A stretch of 32,436 nucleotides of DNA, taken from the NCBI GenBank assembly GCA_022707945.1, contig JAKIZQ010000004.1:1-32436 (forward strand), given 5' to 3'. This stretch comes from Bdellovibrionales bacterium. Lineage in GTDB: Bacteria > Bdellovibrionota > JAFGOL01. Made by a program: the position numbers and the translations under genes. Positions 1 to 10,220 of this stretch are shown here, piece by piece; position 1 is the first letter of the stretch; every line of letters starts with the position of its first letter. The notes under the pieces are model-generated. The model saw nothing but the letters and a program-made list of their open reading frames with translations, ran no database searches and was not told where the DNA came from.

Positions 1-246
1 TTCATAAACTATAGGTGCATCAACTATAATAGTTGTCGGCGTATATCCATTATCAAGTGCAGCTGCATAAACAACAGGTTTAAAAGTTGAACCAGCTTGT
101 CTTTTTGCTTGATATGCTCTATTGAACTCACTACACCCAGCATCGCCAGAACCACTTAATCTTGCCACCGCACAACTTTTATATTTATAACCACCAACCA
201 TTGCATTTATAGAACCGTCTGTAACGTTAAATGATAATAATGAGCC
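1..246 (-). CDS. mrcA: Class A penicillin-binding protein, transpeptidase-domain segment (runs off the window; out of frame with 227..1627)
   Basis: The minus-strand frame from 246 to 1 reads GSLLSFNVTDGSINAMVGGYKY...FNRAYQAKRQAGSTFKPVVYAAALDNGYTP. This is the start of a PBP transpeptidase domain, including the SxxK motif (STFK). It is open to the window edge and is not in the ORF track because it has no start codon. Confidence 0.85.
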
Positions 247-1627
247 TCATGATGGCAACATATACAACATCACCTTTTCTAAGAAAACCTTGCCCTAGTT
301 TCCCAGGATGTGCCCACGAGTAACCATCTTTCTTTATAACACCATCAACGTTACCAACTTTTATTTTTATTTCCTGAGTTTTTTCATTTATGCCCATGAC
401 TATCGCTTTGTAATTCTTCCCTTTGTCTATTGGGGTAGGAGCTGTTTTCATACTCAGGTGTTCGCTTTTATCTTTTTTATCTTCTATAACGAACATCTTG
501 TTCCTGAATTTGAATTCCTGCCAAAGTTCAGGAAATAATATATATCCTCTTACTGAGTTTACGGATTCCATGTGTATCTTTTCTAATTCTTCTTTTATAT
601 CTTTATCTGAACTAATCCTCTTTATTGGCCCTCTAAAACCTTGTTCCTTGTCCAGCTTTTCTATCTCTTGTTTAACTGCCTCATCTGCTGCTTTTTGCAT
701 ATCAAGATCAAGTGTTGAATATATCTTCCATCCTTCATCAAGGACTTTATCTGCTCCGTATTTAGAGAATAAATAACGTCTAACAAATTCAACAAAGTAT
801 GGTGCATACTGTAAATTGTGATCAACGTGTTTGTGTAATTTAAGACGTTCATTTGCCGCTTTAAGAGCATCCTCTTTTGTTATATATCCGTCCTCTACCA
901 TTCTATTAAGAACATACACCTGTCTTTCTTTTGCTTTATCTGGATTAAGGAAAGGAGACCACTTTGAAGGAGCTTGTGGCAATCCTGCAAGTAATGCCGC
1001 TTCTGCAAGAGTAAGGTTTTTGGCCTCTTTATTAAAATACTGACTTGCTGCTGCCTGTACACCATATGCATTATGCCCAAGGAATATCTGATTAAGATAC
1101 AGATATAGTATCTCGTGTTTTGTAAGTCTGCTTTCTATCCTGCCTGCTAAAATAGCTTCTTTTATTTTTCTTGATATTTTTTTCTCGTTACTAAGTAAAA
1201 GGCTTCTAGCAACCTGTTGAGTTATAGTACTCCCACCTTGAGAGAATTGTCCGCTCTTAAAGTTAACAATCATCGCTCTAACTATACCTGCAAAGTCTAT
1301 TCCTTTATGTTCAAAAAACTTTCCGTCCTCAGAAGCCACAAACGCATTTATTACTATCTTTGGCATATCTTCATAGGCGATAATATCTCTTTTCTCCCTA
1401 TAAAATTCTCCTATCTTTGTTCCGTTCTTATCATAAACGTTGCTTACCACCCTTGGTTTATAGTCTTTTACTGTGATTATTTTTGGAAGATTCTTTGAAT
1501 ATGTAAGATACAAACCCATGCCCAAGAGGACAGAGAATATCAATAAAAATATAAAAGATATGACTGTTAATTTAAACAACAACACAAAAAAACTTTTTTT
1601 CTTCTTCTTTTTATTCAAAACTATCAC
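227..1627 (-). CDS. mrcA: Class A penicillin-binding protein (PBP1A-type), N-terminal TM anchor plus GT51 glycosyltransferase part
   Basis: 466-aa ORF with a Lys-rich N-terminus and TM helix. GT51 motifs are present: EDGKFFEHKGIDF, GGSTITQQVARSL, RKIKEAILAGRIE. It stops at 227-229 just where the transpeptidase domain should begin (see 1..246). Confidence 0.9.
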   Translation of the reverse strand: MIVLNKKKKKKSFFVLLFKLTVISFIFLLIFSVLLGMGLYLTYSKNLPKIITVKDYKPRVVSNVYDKNGTKIGEFYREKRDIIAYEDMPKIVINAFVASEDGKFFEHKGIDFAGIVRAMIVNFKSGQFSQGGSTITQQVARSLLLSNEKKISRKIKEAILAGRIESRLTKHEILYLYLNQIFLGHNAYGVQAAASQYFNKEAKNLTLAEAALLAGLPQAPSKWSPFLNPDKAKERQVYVLNRMVEDGYITKEDALKAANERLKLHKHVDHNLQYAPYFVEFVRRYLFSKYGADKVLDEGWKIYSTLDLDMQKAADEAVKQEIEKLDKEQGFRGPIKRISSDKDIKEELEKIHMESVNSVRGYILFPELWQEFKFRNKMFVIEDKKDKSEHLSMKTAPTPIDKGKNYKAIVMGINEKTQEIKIKVGNVDGVIKKDGYSWAHPGKLGQGFLRKGDVVYVAIMRLIIII

Positions 1628-1629
1628 CT

Positions 1630-4251
1630 CTATCTATTAGATATGAATTCTTTTATCTTTGGTAATGCACCCACTAATTTACTTATATCAACTCCTCCAC
1701 CCTGAACATATTCTGGATTTCCGCCACCTTTTCCACCAACCAAAGAACTTAGATACTTCATAAGTTCAGAAGCTGGTATTTTTGATGAAGCTTTTTTAGA
1801 GGCAGTTATAACTATGGAGGAGCCACTATCACTACCAGTATAAAGTATCGCAAGGTCTATGCCTTTTGACTTAACGTACTCAGAATATTCACGTAGATCT
1901 TTGGCAGAAGCTCCATTCACTTCTGTAAAAAGGAACTTAATATCATTTATTTGTTCTGCAGATCCTATTGATCTTTCAAGGACCCCTTTTGCAAGAACAG
2001 ACCTAAATTCATCATTTTCTTTTTTGAACTTTTTATTCTCTTCTAATATTTGCCCTACCTTATCCATAAGTTCAGGTTCTGAACATTTAAGTTCATTAGA
2101 GACTTGTTTAACTATCTTTTGGGCAGATTCAAATATTTCATAGGCGTTAAAGGACGTGGTAGCACGTATCCTTCTAACACCAGCACCGGTACTTTCTTCT
2201 GCTATTATCTTAAAGACACCTATATCAGAAGTATTGTTAACATGAGTCCCACCACAAAGTTCAAAGCTCTTATTACCTATCTTTACCACCCTTACTTTGT
2301 CGCCATATTTTTCATCGAACAAAGCCATGGCGCCACTCTTAACTGCATCATTGTATGACATATATGAAAAAGAAACTCCGTCCCCTCTTAATATCCAAAG
2401 ATTAAGTTCTTTTTCTATTTCACTCAAAATATCATTAGGTATTTTTTCATAATGATTAAAATCAAAAGTAAAAAATTTGCTGTTAACCAAAGACCCAGCT
2501 TGTTTTACATGCTCACCAAGTTTAGCTCTTAATAGATGATGTAACATATGGGTTGCTGTATGATTGTTCTGTATAAGATGCCTTAATTCTTTTGACACAA
2601 CAAGATCATACTCTTTGCCTTTCTTTATATTAGAAGATACTTCAGAAACTAAATGGAGATGAATACCAGACACAGGTTTTTGTACAGACACTACTTCTGC
2701 AAGTTCCTTACCGTCAAGTTCGATAGTACCAGTGTCTGCTATTTGTCCTCCAGATTCGGCATAAAAAGGTGTTTTGTCGAATATTAAAATACCCTTATCG
2801 CCTTTATTCAGCTCTTCTACTATTTTGCCGTCCTTAATGATCAATAGACATTTTGCTTTAGATGAAAATTCCTCATAACCAATAAAATCAAATTTTATTG
2901 AAGACACTGCTGTTTTAACGACTTCTATATCGGCATCACTTATCTTTGAATCTGTTGATTGATTCTTTGTTCTTGCTGTTCTTGCCATAGTCCTTTGGTT
3001 CTCCATTTCTTTTTCAAAACCAGCAATATCTACGTCTATATCTTTTTCCTTACATATCATCTGTGTAAGATCCAAAGGGAAACCATAAGTGTCATAAAGT
3101 TTGAACGCTGTTTGACCGTTAAGTTTTTTGCCTTTACTTAAAGAAGCTAACTCCTTCTCTAAAAGACTTAATCCCTTATCAAGTGTTTCAAAGAATTTTT
3201 CTTCTTCTGATAGCAATATTTTTTGTATATCATTTTTTGATGAAACGAGTTCGGGATATGCATCCCCCATTAGATCGCAAACTACTGGAATGTTCTTATA
3301 AAGGAACGGTGAGTCAAAACCAAGCAGCTTTCCATGGCGAATAGCTCGTCTTATTATCCTTCTTAATACATAACCAGCTCCTTCATTAGAAGGAAAACAG
3401 CCGTCACTTATTAAAAAAGCAATACTACGAAGATGGTCTGCTATGGCGTTGCAAGAACCTTCGTGTTCTTTGCCTTTTTGTATGTGCTTTTTTATGTTCT
3501 TAAACACGTCTATATCATAATTGCTAGCCACACCCTGCATCACTGCTGTAAGCCTTTCTAAACCTGCACCAGTATCTATGCTTGGTTTTGGAAGTTTTGT
3601 TAATTTGCCTTTTTCATCTCTATTGTACTGCATGAAGACCAGATTCCATATTTCAACATAACGGTCACAGTCACAGCCAACCTTACAATCTGGTTTTCCG
3701 CAACCATGTTCAGAACCATGATCATAGTATATTTCTGAACAAGGGCCACAAGGTCCAACTTCGCCCATAGACCAAAAATTATCCTTATCACCTAACCTGA
3801 ATATTTTATTTGTAGGTACGCCAATATTCTTGTTCCAAAGATCATATGCCTCGTCGTCGTCTTTGTATACCGTAATAAAAAGTTTATCTGTTGGTATTCC
3901 ATATCTCTTTGTAAGAAGTTCCCAAGCATATTCTATTGCTTCTTTCTTAAAATAATCTCCAAAAGAAAAATTACCTAACATCTCAAAAAAAGTATGATGT
4001 CTGTAAGTAAAGCCTACATTCTCAAGATCGTTGTGTTTACCTCCAGCCCTAACACATTTTTGACAAGAGCTAGCTCTTTTATAATCCCTTGAATCAAGGC
4101 CAAGAAAAACATCCTTGAATTGATTCATCCCTGCATTAGTGAACAAAAGTGTTGGATCTTTTTTAGGAAGTAGGTTTGAGCTTGGAACTACAGTGTGTCC
4201 TTTTTCTTTGAAATAATCTAAAAATATTTTTCTGACTTCAGATATCTTCAA
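1630..4251 (-). CDS. alaS: Alanine--tRNA ligase
   Basis: 873 aa with class II AlaRS motifs (FTNAGMNQFK, HHTFFEMLGNFSFGDY), editing-domain HTATHMLH and CGGTH, and a C-terminal DHHA1-like tail. The stop lies 2 nt from the PBP start. Confidence 0.97.
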   Translation of the reverse strand: MKISEVRKIFLDYFKEKGHTVVPSSNLLPKKDPTLLFTNAGMNQFKDVFLGLDSRDYKRASSCQKCVRAGGKHNDLENVGFTYRHHTFFEMLGNFSFGDYFKKEAIEYAWELLTKRYGIPTDKLFITVYKDDDEAYDLWNKNIGVPTNKIFRLGDKDNFWSMGEVGPCGPCSEIYYDHGSEHGCGKPDCKVGCDCDRYVEIWNLVFMQYNRDEKGKLTKLPKPSIDTGAGLERLTAVMQGVASNYDIDVFKNIKKHIQKGKEHEGSCNAIADHLRSIAFLISDGCFPSNEGAGYVLRRIIRRAIRHGKLLGFDSPFLYKNIPVVCDLMGDAYPELVSSKNDIQKILLSEEEKFFETLDKGLSLLEKELASLSKGKKLNGQTAFKLYDTYGFPLDLTQMICKEKDIDVDIAGFEKEMENQRTMARTARTKNQSTDSKISDADIEVVKTAVSSIKFDFIGYEEFSSKAKCLLIIKDGKIVEELNKGDKGILIFDKTPFYAESGGQIADTGTIELDGKELAEVVSVQKPVSGIHLHLVSEVSSNIKKGKEYDLVVSKELRHLIQNNHTATHMLHHLLRAKLGEHVKQAGSLVNSKFFTFDFNHYEKIPNDILSEIEKELNLWILRGDGVSFSYMSYNDAVKSGAMALFDEKYGDKVRVVKIGNKSFELCGGTHVNNTSDIGVFKIIAEESTGAGVRRIRATTSFNAYEIFESAQKIVKQVSNELKCSEPELMDKVGQILEENKKFKKENDEFRSVLAKGVLERSIGSAEQINDIKFLFTEVNGASAKDLREYSEYVKSKGIDLAILYTGSDSGSSIVITASKKASSKIPASELMKYLSSLVGGKGGGNPEYVQGGGVDISKLVGALPKIKEFISNR

Positions 4252-4702
4252 CCCTTAATACCTCCCGAATACGATCCAAGCCAAAACCTCTTCTCATTAA
4301 AAAGTCGTATGCTTTCTTTAAGCCCTTTACGTCTTTGAGGTTAAACTTTTTCTTATCCAAAAGATATCTTATATTCGCTATTTCATCATTTTCAAGGAAA
4401 AAAGACCCCGCTAAAGAAAGGGCTTTGTCTTTTGAAAGTCCCTTAAGCATGAGTCGTCTTACAGCCTCGTTCTTGCCAAACCTTTTACGGCCAAGCTCTT
4501 CAAGATACAAAAAGGCGCGGTCATCATCATCAAGATAACCACGCCTTTTAAAATCCTCTATTACTTCATCAACCTGCTTTTCTTCAAACCCCTTTTTTAG
4601 CAACTTTTGCCTTAGCTCATTACTAAAATGAGGTCTTCTGGCTAAAAGATCCGCCGCCTTTCTTTGAGGGCTCTCCTCAGTTGCTCTTTGCTTCTTCGGC
4701 AT
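4238..4702 (-). CDS. recX: RecA regulator RecX
   Basis: 154-aa helical-repeat protein ([24 protein letters not shown]..., [13 protein letters not shown]) immediately after and overlapping recA. The recA-recX-alaS synteny is conserved. Confidence 0.85.
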   Translation of the reverse strand: MPKKQRATEESPQRKAADLLARRPHFSNELRQKLLKKGFEEKQVDEVIEDFKRRGYLDDDDRAFLYLEELGRKRFGKNEAVRRLMLKGLSKDKALSLAGSFFLENDEIANIRYLLDKKKFNLKDVKGLKKAYDFLMRRGFGLDRIREVLRVEDI

Positions 4703-5780
4703 GAGCCTTCTTGCCAGTTGTTTTTCCTGCTGGTTTTACTTCCTGTTCCACCGTGTTGCTTTTAACACCATGGTGAGCAAGTATCCTGTTCTCTATTTCT
4801 TTTGATATTTCTGGATGCTCTCTTAGGTATGTTTCAACACTGTCTTTACCCTGACCTATCTTGTCGCCGTTATAAGAGAACCAAGAACCACTCTTGTCTA
4901 TAATGTTAGCGTTAACTCCGCAGTCTATAAGTTCACCTATTTTTGATATACCCTGTCCGTATATTACATCAAACTCAACTTCTCTGAATGGTGGAGCCAC
5001 CTTATTCTTAACTATTTTAACTCTGGTCCTGCTACCTATATTATTTTCGCCATCCTTTATTGCTCCAACTCTTCTTATGTCCAATCTTACAGATGAATAG
5101 AATTTTAATGCATTACCACCTGTAGTTGTTTCTGGATTACCAAACATAATGCCGAGTTTCATTCTTATTTGGTTAATGAAAACGACTATACATTTTGACC
5201 TGCTTATGCTTCCAGTAAGTTTTCTTAGTGCCTGTGACATTAATCTTGCTTGCAAGCCCATGTGTGAGTCACCCATGTCGCCTTCTATTTCTGCTTTAGG
5301 CACAAGTGCTGCCACAGAGTCAACTATAAGAATATCCACAGCACCAGATCTAACAAGTGTATCGGTAATTTCTAAAGCTTGTTCGCCACTATCTGGCTGA
5401 GATATCAAAAGATTCTCGGTATCAACACCAAGTTTTCCAGCATAACTAACATCAAGAGCATGTTCAGCATCGACAAAAGCGGCCACACCACCGTTCTTTT
5501 GTGTTTCAGCTATCATGTGTAAAGCCAATGTTGTTTTTCCAGAAGCCTCTGGACCATAAACTTCCACGATCCTTCCTCTTGGTATACCACCAACGCCTAG
5601 AGCTATGTCTAAGCCTAAAGAACCAGTAGATACAACGTCTATAGTTTTATCTAACTTGTCATCTTCACCAAGCCTCATGATAGAGCCTTTACCAAACTGT
5701 TTCTCTATAGAAGAAACCGCCAACTCAAGTGCTTTTTTCTTGTCCTGAACAGACAAGTTGTTCGTTGTTCCTATTGCCAT
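4677..5780 (-). CDS. recA: Recombinase RecA
   Basis: 367 aa with [12 protein letters not shown], Walker [19 protein letters not shown] and INQIRMKLG. Confidence 0.98.
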   Translation of the reverse strand: MAIGTTNNLSVQDKKKALELAVSSIEKQFGKGSIMRLGEDDKLDKTIDVVSTGSLGLDIALGVGGIPRGRIVEVYGPEASGKTTLALHMIAETQKNGGVAAFVDAEHALDVSYAGKLGVDTENLLISQPDSGEQALEITDTLVRSGAVDILIVDSVAALVPKAEIEGDMGDSHMGLQARLMSQALRKLTGSISRSKCIVVFINQIRMKLGIMFGNPETTTGGNALKFYSSVRLDIRRVGAIKDGENNIGSRTRVKIVKNKVAPPFREVEFDVIYGQGISKIGELIDCGVNANIIDKSGSWFSYNGDKIGQGKDSVETYLREHPEISKEIENRILAHHGVKSNTVEQEVKPAGKTTGKKAHAEEAKSN

Positions 5781-5781
5781 T

Positions 5782-6240
5782 TCACCCTCCTAATAGAATA
5801 GATATTATCCATAGAATAATTCCTGCATAAAGACCAGCCATCACATCGTCCATTACGACCCCGATTCCTTTTGGCAAACGCTCAAAATTCCTAACTGGCC
5901 AAGGTTTAAAGATATCAAAAAGTCTGAAAAGGGCAAACCCTAAAAGGCCCATATAAAGCTGTTTTCCCACAAATAGGATACTCACAAGATATCCACAAAA
6001 TTCATCTATGACTATCTTTTGGCTATCCTTTTCGTTGTACACTTTTTCTGCCAAGCTACTGATATAACAAGATAAAATTATCAATACGAGTGTTAACATT
6101 AAAAGACTAAACTGTGACATATGTCTTGCGTAGAAATACCAAAATAAAAAACCACCAAGAGTACCAAAAGTCCCTGGCGCCACTGGTATATAACCCAAAC
6201 CTAATACAGAGACAAAAGATCTTACAAATATATTTTTCAA
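5782..6240 (-). CDS. pgpA: Phosphatidylglycerophosphatase A
   Basis: 152-aa membrane protein with [35 protein letters not shown] and [10 protein letters not shown], typical of the PgpA family. Confidence 0.85.
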   Translation of the reverse strand: MKNIFVRSFVSVLGLGYIPVAPGTFGTLGGFLFWYFYARHMSQFSLLMLTLVLIILSCYISSLAEKVYNEKDSQKIVIDEFCGYLVSILFVGKQLYMGLLGFALFRLFDIFKPWPVRNFERLPKGIGVVMDDVMAGLYAGIILWIISILLGG

Positions 6241-6312
6241 AAAAACCTCTTAATCAACTATATAACAAGAAAAGGACCACATCAAAACACTTTTATAAGA
6301 AAGCAAACCTGT

Positions 6313-7182
6313 TTAAAAATCCTCCGCTTTGTATGAAAAACTTAATGCCGTGTCCCCCAATCTAACTATGTCATCTTCTCTAAATGAAGCTATTTGAACT
6401 TTTTGATCATTTATAAAAGTACCATTTTGGCTTCCAAGGTCGCGGATCTTAAAAATACCTTTGCCAGCTATCTCAACTATGGCATGTTCCCTTGAAATAC
6501 TTTTATCTTTCAACCAAAGATCTTTTGTTCTTCCGACCACTATTTGTTTTTTATAAAAATCAAAAACATCTCCTTCATTTGGTCCAGTAAGAGCCTTCAC
6601 ACTAAAGAAGTATCCATCTACCATTCCTTGTATTGGATGTTCATCACTATCCAACGTGGCTGTTGTATCAAGAAGTTTTACAAATATATCAAAAGCCTTA
6701 TCACCAACATTGTAAGGAGGCTGTATCCTCATGTCTGGTTGAAAAACTATTTTATCGTCTAGAACTTTGGCAAGTTTTTTAAAGTCATGAGTGGATTTTG
6801 AATATTGAGAAGGTGCTTTGCCTATAAAAGTTCTGGATTCAGAAAGGTTCTCTTCAACACAGATAGCAAGAAAAACAGTTGTGCCTATTCTTAGTTTATC
6901 ATTATTTGATATTAAAGCTTTAGACGCTCTTTTACCATTAACATAGATTCCGTTAGTACTGCCAAGGTCCTGCGCAATCAACTCTCCAGACATCACAGTA
7001 AGGCTTGCATGTAATTTTGATACTTCTGGATCTGCTAAAAAAATAGCAAGTTTTCTATCTATATTATCTGGTATCCCCGTGGGTGGAACTCTTCTTACTT
7101 CATAACGTTTATCATCTTCAAGTTCGAAGATTGTATCTATGTTATTACCTTCTATTATCTTTAGACTTATTTTTTTTGCCAA
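6313..7182 (-). CDS. Protein with two FHA domains (function unknown)
   Basis: 289 aa with two FHA signatures: LHASLTV...LGSTNGIYVNGKR and SREHAIVEI...DLGSQNGTFINDQKV. The apparent start is TTG at 7182, so the start is uncertain. Confidence 0.75.
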   Translation of the reverse strand: MAKKISLKIIEGNNIDTIFELEDDKRYEVRRVPPTGIPDNIDRKLAIFLADPEVSKLHASLTVMSGELIAQDLGSTNGIYVNGKRASKALISNNDKLRIGTTVFLAICVEENLSESRTFIGKAPSQYSKSTHDFKKLAKVLDDKIVFQPDMRIQPPYNVGDKAFDIFVKLLDTTATLDSDEHPIQGMVDGYFFSVKALTGPNEGDVFDFYKKQIVVGRTKDLWLKDKSISREHAIVEIAGKGIFKIRDLGSQNGTFINDQKVQIASFREDDIVRLGDTALSFSYKAEDF

Positions 7183-7245
7183 AGCACACCCCGTTATTAG
7201 TACATCTATATAATAGATACTGTACGGGGATTAGACAACCGTTAT

Positions 7246-9615
7246 TTAAGCTACAGCTTTAACCTGTTTTTTTGAACCCTTAAAGAATTCTACAGACTCT
7301 ATCTTCTTGGGCAACAGTGCCGCATCAATAACATCATCAACTCTTTCAACAAATATGAATTTAAGCTTCTTTTTAAATTCAGCTGGTATGTTCACAAGGT
7401 CCTTCTTGTTCAACTCTGGAGCTATAATAACTTTTATACCAGCCCTCATTGCCGCAAGTGCTTTTTCCTTAAGCCCTCCTATAGGAAGAACCTTTCCAGA
7501 TAAACTTATTTCTCCAGTCATTGCAACATCCTTTGATACAGGACGACCAGTTATATGTGAAATTATAGCCGTAGCTATTGCAATACCAGCAGAAGGTCCA
7601 TCTTTTGGAACAGCACCAGAAGGAAAATGAACATGTACTTCGTTATGCTGAAAATAATCTTCTGCTATGCCATACTGCTGTGCCATGGTTTTAACATAAC
7701 TAAGGGCGGTGGTTGCAGATTCTTTCATTACTTCACCAAGGTTACCTGTCATCTTTAGTCCACTACCTTTAGAAGAAGCAACTTCTATCATCAATATCTC
7801 ACCACCATATTGTGTCCAAGCAAGACCGGTTGAGATACCTATTTCATCACTAACATTCTTTTCTTCTGATATGTACAAAGGACAGCCAAGATATTTTTCT
7901 ACCAACTGTGGTGTTATCTTTTCTGGAAAATTTTTATCAGTAGCTATAAGCTTTGCCGTCTTCCTGCAGATCTTACCTATAAGTCTTTCTAAGGTTCTAA
8001 CGCCAGCCTCTTTGGTGTACTGTGTTATTATTTTCAACAACACTTTGTCTGTAAATTTAATGTTTTTATTCTCTAAACCATTTTCATTTAGCTGTTTTGG
8101 TATCAAATGTTTTTGAGCTATTTTTATTTTTTCTTCTGAGGTGTAACCAGAAAGATTTATAGTTTCCATTCTGTCCCTTAAAGCAGGAGGTATTGTGTCC
8201 CACATATTAGCTGTAGCTATAAACATTACATTGGTAAGATCAAAAGGAAGGTTCATGTAATGGTCTCTAAAAGAAAAGTTTTGTTCTGGATCAAGAACTT
8301 CTAATAATGCAGAACTAGGATCACCCTTAAAATCTGCTCCAAGTTTATCTATTTCATCGAGTACAAAAACAGGATTATTTGTACCAGCCTGTTTAAGACT
8401 TTGTATTATCTTGCCTGGCATAGCTCCAACGTAGGTACGTCTATGACCCCTTATTTCTGCCTCATCCTTAACTCCACCAAGAGATATTCTTACAAACTTA
8501 CGGCCAAGAGCCCTTGCTATGGATTTTCCTAATGATGTTTTACCAACTCCAGGTGCGCCAACGAAACAAAGTATAGGTCCTTTTATTTTCTTATTAAGCT
8601 TACTAACAGCAAGATGCTCTATTATCCTCTCCTTTATTTCTTCAAGGTCATAATGATCCTCGTCTAATATTTTCTTTGCATGCTCAAGGTCCATATTATC
8701 TTCGCTATTTATCATCCATGGTGTTTCTGTTATCCACTCAAGATACGTCCTTAATACCGCAGATTCACTTGCATCAGGATGCATTCTTTCTAATCTATCA
8801 AGTTGTTTAAAAGCCTCTATTTTAACTTCTTCTGGCATTTTTATTTCTGTAAGCTTTCTTCTTATATCGCTCATGTCTTCATTTTTTCCGTCGTTGTCAC
8901 CAAGTTCAGACTTAATCGCTTTCATCTGTTCCTTTAAGAAGTATTCTTTTTGAGCTCTTGTCATTTCGTCTTTTGCCATATTGTTTATTTTGTTCTGTAA
9001 AGAGATTATCTCTGCTTCTTTCAATAGATGTTCATTAACTTTATATAGTTTCTTTAAAGGATCTGTTTGTTCCAATATTTGCTGTGCATCCTGTGCATTA
9101 AGTCCAATGTTGGCCGCTATTATGTCTGCTATCTTGCTTCCGTCTTTTATTTCATCCATTACTACAAGTATGTCTGGTGAAAGCAGTTTTCCCATCGCTA
9201 CTATTTTTTCTATTTGCTCTCGGATGTTCCTCATTAAAGCAGATATTTCCGGATTGCTTACATCAAGTTCTTTCTCTTCTATATTCTCTACTTTAACTTT
9301 AAAGAACGGATCTGTCTGTTCAAACGATTTTATTACAGCTTTATGCATCCCTTGTATAAGAACTTTTGCTCTCCCGTCTGGAAGTTTTTTCATTCTTACT
9401 ATCATTGCAACAGTACCTGTTTCATATATCTGATCTGGTGTTGGTGCTTCATCTAGCATGTTTTTTTGTGCAGATAGGAACACCAACCTATTACCTTCAA
9501 GCGCTTCTTCTACGGCTTTTATAGAATTATCCCTGCCAACAAAAAGTGGAAGTATCATATATGGGAAAACTACTATGTCCCTAACTGGTAATAACGGCAT
9601 TACAGAAGTACTCAT
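7246..9615 (-). CDS. lon: ATP-dependent protease Lon
   Basis: 789 aa with an N-terminal LON substrate domain, AAA+ Walker A GAPGVGKTS, and a protease domain containing PKDGPSAG (catalytic Ser). Confidence 0.97.
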   Translation of the reverse strand: MSTSVMPLLPVRDIVVFPYMILPLFVGRDNSIKAVEEALEGNRLVFLSAQKNMLDEAPTPDQIYETGTVAMIVRMKKLPDGRAKVLIQGMHKAVIKSFEQTDPFFKVKVENIEEKELDVSNPEISALMRNIREQIEKIVAMGKLLSPDILVVMDEIKDGSKIADIIAANIGLNAQDAQQILEQTDPLKKLYKVNEHLLKEAEIISLQNKINNMAKDEMTRAQKEYFLKEQMKAIKSELGDNDGKNEDMSDIRRKLTEIKMPEEVKIEAFKQLDRLERMHPDASESAVLRTYLEWITETPWMINSEDNMDLEHAKKILDEDHYDLEEIKERIIEHLAVSKLNKKIKGPILCFVGAPGVGKTSLGKSIARALGRKFVRISLGGVKDEAEIRGHRRTYVGAMPGKIIQSLKQAGTNNPVFVLDEIDKLGADFKGDPSSALLEVLDPEQNFSFRDHYMNLPFDLTNVMFIATANMWDTIPPALRDRMETINLSGYTSEEKIKIAQKHLIPKQLNENGLENKNIKFTDKVLLKIITQYTKEAGVRTLERLIGKICRKTAKLIATDKNFPEKITPQLVEKYLGCPLYISEEKNVSDEIGISTGLAWTQYGGEILMIEVASSKGSGLKMTGNLGEVMKESATTALSYVKTMAQQYGIAEDYFQHNEVHVHFPSGAVPKDGPSAGIAIATAIISHITGRPVSKDVAMTGEISLSGKVLPIGGLKEKALAAMRAGIKVIIAPELNKKDLVNIPAEFKKKLKFIFVERVDDVIDAALLPKKIESVEFFKGSKKQVKAVA

Positions 9616-9780
9616 GGTTCAACCTCCAATAGTGGTCTATGCTCTGTTAACACTTATCGGAAATTTAATAATAAAGTTTAGGTACTTAAACAAGATTAGT
9701 GGTGGGCGGGAGAAAGCTTATTAATAAGGGTTTCATCCCTTATTATTGCTATATGAGACCATAAATGAAAGGTCTAAAGA

Positions 9781-10140
9781 TCAGGCCAATCTTTTTTGTT
9801 CTAATTCTATGTCTTGCATACAATCAACACATAGTGAACAAAAAGGTTGTATCTTTAATCTTTCATAAGAAATTGGTTCTCCACAACTTTCACAACAACC
9901 ATAGTCACCTTCATCCATTCGTTTAAAGGCTCTTTCTATGTCCAGAAGACATCTTCTGTCCCTAGTTTGAATTGTGCAACTAAGGTACTGATTAACTTCT
10001 TCTACTGCATAGTCGCCTTCGTCAGAAGGTTTTTGATCATTCTCCATCATTTGCCTGAAAGCATTGCGAGAGCTGTTGAGAAGGTCCTCTTTCTTTTTCA
10101 TCAGTGTGGAACGAATCGATTCCAACTGCTTATTAGTCAT
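9781..10140 (-). CDS. DksA/TraR-family C4 zinc-finger protein
   Basis: C-terminal CESCGEPIS...CSLCVDC four-Cys finger behind a coiled-coil region. The tracked ORF extends to 10173. However, AGAGGGGGG lies 7 nt upstream of the ATG at 10140 (MTNKQLES...), which favours the shorter start. Confidence 0.8.
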   Translation of the reverse strand: MTNKQLESIRSTLMKKKEDLLNSSRNAFRQMMENDQKPSDEGDYAVEEVNQYLSCTIQTRDRRCLLDIERAFKRMDEGDYGCCESCGEPISYERLKIQPFCSLCVDCMQDIELEQKRLA

Positions 10141-10220
10141 CACGATACCCCCCTCTTTGACTAATAACCCCAAGAACGAAACCTATATTCACACAAAAAA
10201 AATTTTTTTCAAGTGATATT

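Noticed and set aside
8981-9433. 150-aa plus-strand ORF, plus similar antisense ORFs at 308-776, 7307-8116, 11062-11358, 14113-14946, 25543-25887 and 30550-31383
   Set aside because: All are embedded antisense in strongly supported genes (mrcA, lon, the LpoA-like gene, dnaK, pstB, phoR). They have Ser/Phe/Leu-rich nonsense-like translations and no ribosome-binding sites.
10195-10209. A8T7 run between the DksA-like start and the LpoA-like gene stop
   Set aside because: A pure A/T self-complementary tract is too weak to be a meaningful hairpin. It is most likely just AT-rich spacer or curved promoter DNA, and no function is claimable from sequence.
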